A stretch of DNA of 64,000 nt from Promethearchaeota archaeon (lineage in GTDB: Archaea; Asgardarchaeota; Lokiarchaeia; Sigyniarchaeales; SOKP01): positions 1-64,000 of the forward strand of contig JAHLWS010000080.1 in assembly GCA_019057795.1 (NCBI GenBank), read 5' to 3'. Of this stretch, positions 21,470-29,734 are shown piece after piece. How positions within the stretch are numbered: the stretch's first letter is position 1; the number at the start of each line of letters is the position of its first letter. The notes under the pieces were generated by a model. It had not been told where the DNA came from. It ran no database searches and saw only the letters and a program-made list of their open reading frames with translations. A program made the position numbers and the translations under genes.

Positions 21470-21600
21470 TATTGATAATGATCAAATTTCTAGTGTTGAA
21501 TATAGAATATAAAGATTATTTCGAATATTGCTAGTAAAAGTTGAAAAAATAGTAGTAAATCTTATATTTTAGTGGTAAAAATTACGAATTACTGGTAAAA
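21470..21600 (-). promoter_or_regulatory. TATA promoter plus array of TTAC-NN-GTAA palindromes, copy 2
   Basis: Matches 16142-16190; GTAAA cores at 21534, 21555, 21575, 21595. Confidence 0.7.
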
Positions 21601-21818
21601 TTAAAAGAGCTAATTAATTTAACTCTAATCGATACATTAGAATTACTGGTTAGTTCTTAGCACAACTAACAACATATTATCCTAACTTCCTTTTATTTTA
21701 TAAAGGTGTTAATATTTGTAGAAAAAAAGTAAATATATATAAAGAATTTTAACAATTTAGTATATTGCCTATAAGTGTTTTTCCAATTAAGAGAAAAATT
21801 AATATTTTTAAAGGGTAG

Positions 21819-23405
21819 ATGTTTTTGACTTCCTTAAATATTAAATTAGATAATTTTGAAGAAGAATTTATAAATAGTGTTGATTCAATATTCGATGCTT
21901 ATTTGTTACTCTCAAATGAGAATATAGTATTGAATTACAGGATTAAAGACAAACTTCTTAATTTATATTTCGGCAGGGAAAGTCTTCAAGAAAAAGATCT
22001 CATCAAGTCTTTTGGAGTTCAAATTCAACAAGAGAGTAAGAAAGAATTAATTCGAAAAATTTTAGAAAAAAAACCTCAAATATTTGAATTTAGTATAAAG
22101 GTAAATGATCAAATTGGTTATTACAATGTATTTATTTTTATTTTAGCTGATGACCAAATGCTCATTAATTTTAGGAATATCGACAAACAAAAGAAAATTG
22201 AATTTGAGCTAGCTGAAGAGAGAAACATATTAAAAAATATAATCGAATTAAATCCTTATGCTATCGAAATAAAAGATTTTGAGGGACATCATGTTAGTTC
22301 TAATAAAGCTTTCATTGATATGTTTAAATCAGTTCCTCCCCCAGAGTATTCTATCTTTGAGGATCCGCATATGAAAAAGATAGGAGTTCTTGATAAAATT
22401 TTAACCTTGAAGGAAGGAAAGGTTTTAAGGATGGGGGAACATTGGTACGATCCTCGCGATTCCGCAATAGAAAGTAATTTAAATTTAGATGAGATTCCGA
22501 GTTCTTTAATATGTCATAAAGCTGTGTCTTTTCCAATATTTGACAGAGAAGGAAATATTAAGAATTATGTATTTATGCATGAAGATATTACCGAGCGCAA
22601 GCAAGCTGAAATTGAGTTAGAGGGTTTAAGGAAAGATCTAGAAATTAGAATAAAAGAAAGAACGATCAAACTGGAAAGTTCAGAAAAAAAATATCGGAAG
22701 GCTTATAGTAGAGCAGATTGTTATAAGGGACTGTTTACACATGATATCTCTAACATGTTTCACACGATTGGAAACTCCATCGAATTATGTGACACGTTAT
22801 TAAAAGAGGGTATTAAAAACAACGATATGCTTGAATATTTTGTAGTGATTGAGCAACAGATTAAACGAGGAAAGAAATTAATAAATAATATCAGAAACCT
22901 TTCAGAAATTGAAGAATCTGAAATGCCTTTAGAACCTACAGAGATTTCTGAGAAATTGAGAAGTGCTATTCAATTTACAAGAGTAAATTTCCAAAAACGT
23001 GAAATTATTGTTAATATCGAATCTGAAACTAATAATACGATTTACGTATTTGCTAACGACCTATTACTTGATGTATTTGAAAATATTCTTATTAACTCTG
23101 TACTTTATAATAAAAATGATACTGTAGAGATTGAAATTAATATCTCAAGAGTGATGGATAATGGGAAGTCGCAAATCAAACTAGAATTTAAAGATAATGG
23201 TATTGGCATCAATGATACTAAAAAGAAACTTATATTTACAAAAAATGTTAAGAAATCGATAGGCTCTAAAGGTATGGGGCTTGGACTTTCTCTTGTTGCA
23301 AAACTTTTAGATTTATGCGAAGGTAAAATCTGGGTTGAAGATAGAATTAAAGGTGATTATACTCAAGGAAGTAATTTCATAATTCAAATTCCTGAAGCAC
23401 TATAA
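21819..23405 (+). CDS. PAS-domain histidine kinase
   Basis: PAS/PAC (NKAFIDMF, EDITERKQAE), FTHDISN, DNGIGI, GMGLGLS. Confidence 0.92.
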   Translation: MFLTSLNIKLDNFEEEFINSVDSIFDAYLLLSNENIVLNYRIKDKLLNLYFGRESLQEKDLIKSFGVQIQQESKKELIRKILEKKPQIFEFSIKVNDQIGYYNVFIFILADDQMLINFRNIDKQKKIEFELAEERNILKNIIELNPYAIEIKDFEGHHVSSNKAFIDMFKSVPPPEYSIFEDPHMKKIGVLDKILTLKEGKVLRMGEHWYDPRDSAIESNLNLDEIPSSLICHKAVSFPIFDREGNIKNYVFMHEDITERKQAEIELEGLRKDLEIRIKERTIKLESSEKKYRKAYSRADCYKGLFTHDISNMFHTIGNSIELCDTLLKEGIKNNDMLEYFVVIEQQIKRGKKLINNIRNLSEIEESEMPLEPTEISEKLRSAIQFTRVNFQKREIIVNIESETNNTIYVFANDLLLDVFENILINSVLYNKNDTVEIEINISRVMDNGKSQIKLEFKDNGIGINDTKKKLIFTKNVKKSIGSKGMGLGLSLVAKLLDLCEGKIWVEDRIKGDYTQGSNFIIQIPEAL

Positions 23406-23458
23406 TAAAAAAATTATTATTAAGAGTAATTAAATGTAATCTTAGATGGTGTGTATCA

Positions 23459-24289
23459 ATTAATAATATCAATCAAAATAATAAAACTGAAAAAGAAAAA
23501 AAGGAAATAAAATGGTATACTTATGTAGATTCAACACTCGACAGTAAACTAAAACAATTCATGGAACAATATAATATTACAAATCAAGCAAAAATTATAA
23601 GAAATTCCGTTAATTCCTATCTCGATAATGTATATCAAATATTACAAAAAGATATTGAAAGAAAAGAATATGATCAAAAATTAATTAATGATTTTATTAG
23701 AGAAGCTATTGATGCTTTTGAATTACACACGACTTTTCATGAAGAGTTAAAACAAAAAATTTCACCTCTTAAAGTATCCATTCTAATGTTAAGTAATTTT
23801 CTAAATGAACCAAATAAGTTAATTGAAAGTATTGAAAATTTAAAAAACGCCTTGCTCGAATTAGAAAGTTCAATAAAAAGGCATTTTGAAGAACCTAAAC
23901 CAATAAGACATATAAAAAAATTTGATATTTTATATATTGAAGATAATGAATTAGAACGAAAAAACATTGACACTTATTTTAAGAGAAAAGATGTTGATAT
24001 TAAATCTGTAGAAACTTCTGAAGAGGCCCTTCACATTTTGAAAGGTTCTACTCCTCAAGCCATTTTATTAGATATAGATTTAAAAACTAGCAATATTGAT
24101 GGAGTCAAATTGTGCCAGATGCTAAAAGCTAAGATGCTATATAAAGCGATTCCGATAATTTTGATATCTGCTGTTGTTTCAGAAAAGGAAAAAAAAGAGA
24201 TATTAACAATTACAGAAGCAGATGATATAATTATTAAGCCTATTGACAAACTAGCAGATTTAGATGTTCTATTAAAATACCTAAAATAA
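23459..24289 (+). CDS. Response regulator paralog (RHH-linker-receiver); start uncertain
   Basis: Paralog of 20368..21204; the conserved IKWYTYVDS lies in frame upstream of the first ATG (23561). Confidence 0.8.
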   Translation: MNNINQNNKTEKEKKEIKWYTYVDSTLDSKLKQFMEQYNITNQAKIIRNSVNSYLDNVYQILQKDIERKEYDQKLINDFIREAIDAFELHTTFHEELKQKISPLKVSILMLSNFLNEPNKLIESIENLKNALLELESSIKRHFEEPKPIRHIKKFDILYIEDNELERKNIDTYFKRKDVDIKSVETSEEALHILKGSTPQAILLDIDLKTSNIDGVKLCQMLKAKMLYKAIPIILISAVVSEKEKKEILTITEADDIIIKPIDKLADLDVLLKYLK

Positions 24290-24407
24290 ATCCTTATTAA
24301 AATATTTTTTTTTTAACTAAATTTTTTAACAATTTTATAAAGATATCAATATTAAATTCTTATAGAAGTTAGTAACGAAATTAATTTATTCTTTTTAAGT
24401 GAAAAAA

Positions 24408-25799
24408 ATGGAACTTCAAGAAATCTTAAAACAAATCCCAAACTATAAAGAATTCATGACAATTGCTGAAATGGATGGTTCCAGTAAAAAGTTAGCACAA
24501 TCCTTTGACCATGTAGACTTGAAAGAAATTGGCAAATCACGAGGTGGACGAACAATATATTGTTTAAAAATTGGAGAAGGTAAAAAAAACGCGCTTCTCT
24601 TTGCATTCCCGCATCCCAATGAACCAATAGGGAGCATGAGTTTAGAATTTTTATCACATTTTTTAGCAAAAAATCCTGAATTTACGAAAAAAACCGGTTA
24701 TACATGGCATTTAATTAAAGCAATTGATATCGATGGAGCGATTCTTAACGAAGGATGGTTTAAAGGAGATTTTAATCCCTTAAAATACGCAAAGAATTAT
24801 TATAGACCCGCGCCCTTTGAACAAGTTGAATGGTCATTTCCAATCAATTATAAAAAACTCAAATTCGAAACTCCGCCACCAGAGACTCAAGCTTTAATGC
24901 ATTTAATACAAAAATTAAAACCTAAGTTTATGTATAGTCTTCATAATTCGGGTTTTGGGGGTGTATATTTCTATGTATCTCGGAGTATTGGAAATTTATT
25001 TGATAACCTCGTTAACTTTGTTAAGAGAGAACATCTACCATTGCATTTAGGAGAACCTGAAACACCTTACATCAAAAAATTACACGATGGAATTTTCCAA
25101 ATGTTTGGAATTCAAAAGCAGTATGATTATGTTGAAGCTAAAGGTATAGAGAATCCTCAAGAATTTATAACATGTGGTACTTCCTCATATGATTATCTTA
25201 AAAGTATAGCTAGTGAAGAAAATTTTACTCTAGTTTGTGAGATGCCCTATTTCTACCACAATTCCATAGGAGACACTACTTTAACTGAATTTGAAAGAAG
25301 AGATCTCCGTATGCAATCTTTGGAATACATGAAAAATATCTCTATACATGCTAAGAAAATTTTTAGGCACATAAAGAAATTTTGTGATAAATCTTCACGG
25401 ATATACACTGCTGTGGAGGGTTATATTAGGATAACGCGTCCTTCGCTTGAATTGGAGATTAATGTTACAAAAACTTCCTCAATGTACGAGGGGAAAGCAA
25501 CTGTTTCTCAAGCATTTGATTTAAATGTTTCAAGTAGATATTATTATTTACTAATTATATCAATGATAGTAAGATTATGTGAAGAAGCTATTTCAATTCA
25601 CCCGGAAAATGAAATTGAGATTACAAAAATTAAAAACGACTTAGAGAAATGGATTGAACAAAAAATCAAGGAATTATTAAGCGATACCAAATTTGAAGTT
25701 ATTCCCATTCAAAAATTAGTTCGTGTTCAAATCGGAAGTGCATTTATCACTTTAGAAAACTTATCAAAAAAAAATAACGCTATAAAATTGATTTTGTAA
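24408..25799 (+). CDS. M14 zinc carboxypeptidase family
   Basis: IGKSRGGR, HPNE, SLHN, CEMP. Confidence 0.88.
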   Translation: MELQEILKQIPNYKEFMTIAEMDGSSKKLAQSFDHVDLKEIGKSRGGRTIYCLKIGEGKKNALLFAFPHPNEPIGSMSLEFLSHFLAKNPEFTKKTGYTWHLIKAIDIDGAILNEGWFKGDFNPLKYAKNYYRPAPFEQVEWSFPINYKKLKFETPPPETQALMHLIQKLKPKFMYSLHNSGFGGVYFYVSRSIGNLFDNLVNFVKREHLPLHLGEPETPYIKKLHDGIFQMFGIQKQYDYVEAKGIENPQEFITCGTSSYDYLKSIASEENFTLVCEMPYFYHNSIGDTTLTEFERRDLRMQSLEYMKNISIHAKKIFRHIKKFCDKSSRIYTAVEGYIRITRPSLELEINVTKTSSMYEGKATVSQAFDLNVSSRYYYLLIISMIVRLCEEAISIHPENEIEITKIKNDLEKWIEQKIKELLSDTKFEVIPIQKLVRVQIGSAFITLENLSKKNNAIKLIL

Positions 25800-25858
25800 C
25801 GCTGCATCCCGAATCGATAAAAATGAAGCCAAATTGAAATAAGATATTAAAAAACTTT

Positions 25859-26073
25859 TTAGAATTTTAATTCTGAATTATTAGCATTTTCTCCTTTAAC
25901 GTCTTCAATTTCTTTTTTTGAATAATTCTCTAAGAGATTGATAATATTAATTGTTTTATAAACCTGAATTTTCTCTTGTTTATTAAGATGTTTATCATTA
26001 GACCATATTCCATCGTTTTCTATTGCTAAAGCTAAAGCTATGAATTGAGTATCTTTTTCATCAATATTTAATA
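25859..26073 (-). pseudogene. 5'-truncated PIN-domain toxin
   Basis: Start-less frame IDEKDTQFIALALAIENDGIWSNDKHL...ELKF*. Confidence 0.75.
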
Positions 26074-26101
26074 AATAAATTAAAACCTAAGTTTATGTAT
26101 A
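26066..26101 (+). repeat. Copy of carboxypeptidase gene segment 24901..24936
   Basis: 34/36 identical. Confidence 0.85.
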
Positions 26102-26167
26102 AAAAAATAAAAATAAAATAAAAATTGGGAATTTTTATTTATAGACATTAGTCTATGCTCTAACCTC

Positions 26168-26530
26168 TTATTTTTTTATTAATTTAGATAAAAAATCTTG
26201 GTTTAATACAATTTTTCTATTTGTACAGTCAATTTTATCTTTTTTAAGTAAATTAAGGAATTTTTCAAATAGGGGAATAGTAAATTCATCCCGATTTGGA
26301 TTTACATCTAAAATAATGATTCCCTGACTTACTGAAAAGTCATCTTCTAAAAAATCTTTATCAAAGGTTACTAACGTATAATTCTGAGAGTTAATTAGTG
26401 TAATAAGATCTCCATTCTTAATACCAAATAATTTTCGATTTCTAACCGAATCGACTTGAAAACCACATCTTTTTATAGTATTTTGTAATTTTTTTGTAAT
26501 ATTTTCGTCACAATAAAATTTATACTTCAT
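26168..26530 (-). CDS. DUF5615 PIN-like toxin
   Basis: FYCDENI...LVTFDKDF...GIIIL; coupled to DUF433. Confidence 0.85.
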   Translation of the reverse strand: MKYKFYCDENITKKLQNTIKRCGFQVDSVRNRKLFGIKNGDLITLINSQNYTLVTFDKDFLEDDFSVSQGIIILDVNPNRDEFTIPLFEKFLNLLKKDKIDCTNRKIVLNQDFLSKLIKK

Positions 26531-26759
26531 GAGAGATTTCCGTTTTTCCATTATATGTATCTACTATATGACCAGCATAAATTAAACATGCAATTATCTG
26601 TTCTCGAGATATATGATCATATTCTTGTTGAATTTGTTCAATAATCCAACCAGAAGAAACCAATTCCAAAATAAAACTTACCTTAATTCGGGTTCCCTTA
26701 ATATGTGGTTTCCCAAAACATATGTCTGGATCGATAGAAATTAGTTCATTTACATTCAT
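26520..26759 (-). CDS. DUF433 antitoxin
   Basis: ISIDPDICFGKPHIKGTRIKV; likely start at 26759. Confidence 0.9.
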   Translation of the reverse strand: MNVNELISIDPDICFGKPHIKGTRIKVSFILELVSSGWIIEQIQQEYDHISREQIIACLIYAGHIVDTYNGKTEISHEV

Positions 26760-27002
26760 GATGTGGTAAATCCTCCCATATAAAATCATCTAATCCTTTC
26801 TTATTAATATTACTTATAATCAGTCGCTATTATAAAAATAGTTGTTTAGGCTTAAATAAGTATTTATTTCAAAACTATTCCTATAATGCTCATAGGTTAA
26901 ATGTTCAATACTCGAAATAGAAAGCAATCTTAAGTCATATGACGAAGTATATTTTATAACGTTCTATTAAAATATCTAAATTAGAATAGATAGAAAGCAT
27001 GT

Positions 27003-27392
27003 TTAAATGTTTATAATCTTTAATTGTGAAACTCGTTGATAATGATTGACATTATCTGTTGCTAACTCAGCACCATGTTCCAATGTAACTGCTGCAATAT
27101 AGATATCATTTAACTCAATCAATTGTCCTTTTTTTTGTAAATCTGAATATATAGTAGCTGCGATATATGAACTTTTAATTGAAAGAGGAAGAACAGGAAA
27201 TTGTTGTATTAAACTTTTTACTGCTTTCATATTATGATCATATTTTTTGGAGATTTCTGCTCCTAAAAATAGTTCAAATGCAGTAATTGTGGTGAAAGCT
27301 ATTGATTTGTCCTTTAAAAAATCTTTCCATTGCTCTCCGCGATTCTTCCTTCGTAAAATATTAACAAGAATATCTGTATCAAGAATAATCAA
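27003..27392 (-). CDS. vapC: VapC PIN toxin
   Basis: MIILDTDILV, ITAFEL, NDIYIAA, LATDN. Confidence 0.92.
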   Translation of the reverse strand: MIILDTDILVNILRRKNRGEQWKDFLKDKSIAFTTITAFELFLGAEISKKYDHNMKAVKSLIQQFPVLPLSIKSSYIAATIYSDLQKKGQLIELNDIYIAAVTLEHGAELATDNVNHYQRVSQLKIINI

Positions 27393-27625
27393 TCAAATTT
27401 CCTCTTTTTTCCATTAAATGGGATTAAATTACGCTTAATTTTTTCCTGAATTTCCTTATATTCCTGATCATTTATATCCCATAAACCAAAAAAAGCTTCT
27501 AATTTTTGACCATTTATCTGCATTGCTAATCTTCTTAATAATTCTGAAAAACTTTCATCTTGCTTTTTTAATAATTTTAAAAGCTGATAAACGTCTTCTG
27601 TTATTGTAATAGTTTTTGAAGCCAT
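27389..27625 (-). CDS. vapB: VapB antitoxin
   Basis: KTITITEDVYQLLK...ESFSELLRRL; 4-bp overlap with vapC. Confidence 0.9.
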   Translation of the reverse strand: MASKTITITEDVYQLLKLLKKQDESFSELLRRLAMQINGQKLEAFFGLWDINDQEYKEIQEKIKRNLIPFNGKKRKFD

Positions 27626-27739
27626 AATATATGTATGTTTAACTATATATTTAAATATATGATGAATGGATTAACACAATAAAAACATTTATATGGGGGT
27701 TCGATTCCTTCAATTTCGAATTTTTGTTAGAATAAGACC

Positions 27740-27845
27740 ATACATGAAAAATATCTCTATACATGCTAAGAAAATTTATAGGCACATAAAGAAATCCAAA
27801 TCGGAAGTGCATTTATCACTTTAGAAAACTTATCAAAAAGAAATA
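27740..27845 (+). repeat. Mosaic copy of two carboxypeptidase gene segments
   Basis: 27740-27795 = 25325-25380 (55/56); 27797-27845 = 25728-25776 (48/49). Confidence 0.95.
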
Positions 27846-27882
27846 GAACAAAAATTAGCATTTAGCACTCTTGAAAAGAATG

Positions 27883-28236
27883 CTATGTATACAATCCTTC
27901 GGGAGGAGGTTTATTGTATGGAGTTCTATAGTAGTTCGCATATATTTGTCTTAACATTTCTCTAAATCGAGTAGTATTATATTTCCAAAGCAAATCGCTT
28001 AAATCAATGTTTTTTGGATTGTAACCCGCTTGGTCATAAACTTTCCTTCTTTGGGGATCGCTTAATGTATCGTAGGCTTCGTGTAGTTTAATAAATCTCT
28101 CCTTAGCTCTGGGATCGGTTCTATTAAGGTCGGGATGGTATCTTTTTGCTAGTCTCCGATAAGCCAGTTTAATTTCTTCTTCGGAAGCGTCTTCTTCGAC
28201 TTCGAGAATTTTATAATAATCCTTATTCTTTTCCAT
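27883..28236 (-). CDS. Stand-alone J-domain protein
   Basis: DYYKILEV...[12 protein letters not shown]...[15 protein letters not shown]. Confidence 0.92.
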   Translation of the reverse strand: MEKNKDYYKILEVEEDASEEEIKLAYRRLAKRYHPDLNRTDPRAKERFIKLHEAYDTLSDPQRRKVYDQAGYNPKNIDLSDLLWKYNTTRFREMLRQIYANYYRTPYNKPPPEGLYT

Positions 28237-28438
28237 TTTGAATATTTTTCTTTTTATTTTGTATAAGAAGAAAATGAGGAAATATAAACTTAAGTTCGAG
28301 TTAATATCGAATATTTCTTCCTATATTTTTAAATCTAAAGGTATTTTCGCACATTTCTTTTTAAAAAATTAGTTGGGAAGGTTTAATCCATATTTTTCTA
28401 AAGCGATTATTGCTATAATTTCGTACATCTCATCGCCA

Positions 28439-29296
28439 TTAACATAGTTCAGATTGATTTTTTAGAAAACTCTCGACTCTATCTAACCAATCGTTAGTTA
28501 AAGAATTAAACAATTCTTCTTGCTCAATTTGAAGTATATGTCCTGCGCGATCTAATATAGCAAATGTAGCTCTTGGATAATTTTCTATAATATTCCATGC
28601 ATCTCGATACCCTACGGCAGAATCTTGTCTCCCTAACAGAAATAAAGTTGGCTTAGTAAATTTATCATTCAATAGATTCACATTAAAAGAAAATGCATGA
28701 TTTTCTCTCACTTTTTCTAAGAATGCCATATCGGCGATTGTCAAACCTGATAATCCTTCCTCTTTTCCTCTTTCCAAAACTTTTTTGTTAATAATTGTTG
28801 CTACATCTTCAAATATTTCCTTTTCAAAAGGACTTAGTTTGGAAATTAAATTTTCATCCTTTACTAAGATAACAGGTTCAGGTAAATCTCTTTGCTCTTC
28901 ATAAGGTAATATAGCAGGTACTAGAAATAAAACACCATCAATTAAATTCTGTTTTTTCTTGATCAATCCTCTTACTAAATAACAACCATATGATTCACTA
29001 ACAATAATAAAACTCTCATTGGGAATAATCATTTCCACAAATTCTATGATAATTTCAAGATAATCATCTGTACCTTTAATCCAATCCTCCCCCTTAGTTT
29101 TTCCCATTCCTGGTAGATCAAAATATATCCTTTTATAGTTTGGCCGAGTTTCGAAAAGAGGTTCCATACACCCTTTCATAAGGCGATGATCGACAGGCCA
29201 TCCATGGACCATTAAAACGGGATACCCATCACCATAAATCTCATAGTATAGTGTAATTTTTTCAAGCTTACATTCCATCGCAATCATTAAATCCAA
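28439..29296 (-). CDS. Alpha/beta hydrolase
   Basis: VHGW, DLPGMGKT, ESYG nucleophile elbow, GRQD, AGH. Confidence 0.9.
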   Translation of the reverse strand: MDLMIAMECKLEKITLYYEIYGDGYPVLMVHGWPVDHRLMKGCMEPLFETRPNYKRIYFDLPGMGKTKGEDWIKGTDDYLEIIIEFVEMIIPNESFIIVSESYGCYLVRGLIKKKQNLIDGVLFLVPAILPYEEQRDLPEPVILVKDENLISKLSPFEKEIFEDVATIINKKVLERGKEEGLSGLTIADMAFLEKVRENHAFSFNVNLLNDKFTKPTLFLLGRQDSAVGYRDAWNIIENYPRATFAILDRAGHILQIEQEELFNSLTNDWLDRVESFLKNQSELC

Positions 29297-29377
29297 TTAA
29301 AAAAATTTTAAATTTTAAACCCTTATATTAAATATTAACAATTATATAATATATTTTTATACTTGAGGTATATTAGT

Positions 29378-29662
29378 ATGTCGGTTGTGAAAATACAAAA
29401 TAAGAAAGTATTGGAACAGTTACAAGCTAGACTAACACTTAGACTAGGGAGAAAAACTACTCAGATAGAAATACTTGATTATTGTTTAATATTAGCGAAT
29501 GAAAATTTTGAAAAATTGGTGGAATTAGTGAGTAACAAGCCAGTTTTAAGTCTTGAAAAATCTGGGCAAATTATCGAAGCGAGAAATAAACTCAAAAATG
29601 TAATCTATGATGAAGAAGCTACATTTACCTGTAAAGATGATAAAGATATTTATACTGAATAA
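29378..29662 (+). CDS. Probable orphan antitoxin
   Basis: VVKIQNKKVLEQLQARLTLRLGRKTTQIEIL resembles 32958..33236; no toxin downstream. Confidence 0.6.
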   Translation: MSVVKIQNKKVLEQLQARLTLRLGRKTTQIEILDYCLILANENFEKLVELVSNKPVLSLEKSGQIIEARNKLKNVIYDEEATFTCKDDKDIYTE

Positions 29663-29734
29663 TTCGCTGGCTGATATGCATTTTCTCATAGTCAGATGAC
29701 GAAATATATTAAAATAAAATTAATTAATTAAAAC

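Noticed and set aside
28369-28440. Short frame NGDEMYEIIAIIALEKYGLNLPN* as another orphan 3' end
   Set aside because: No matching parent gene was found in the window.
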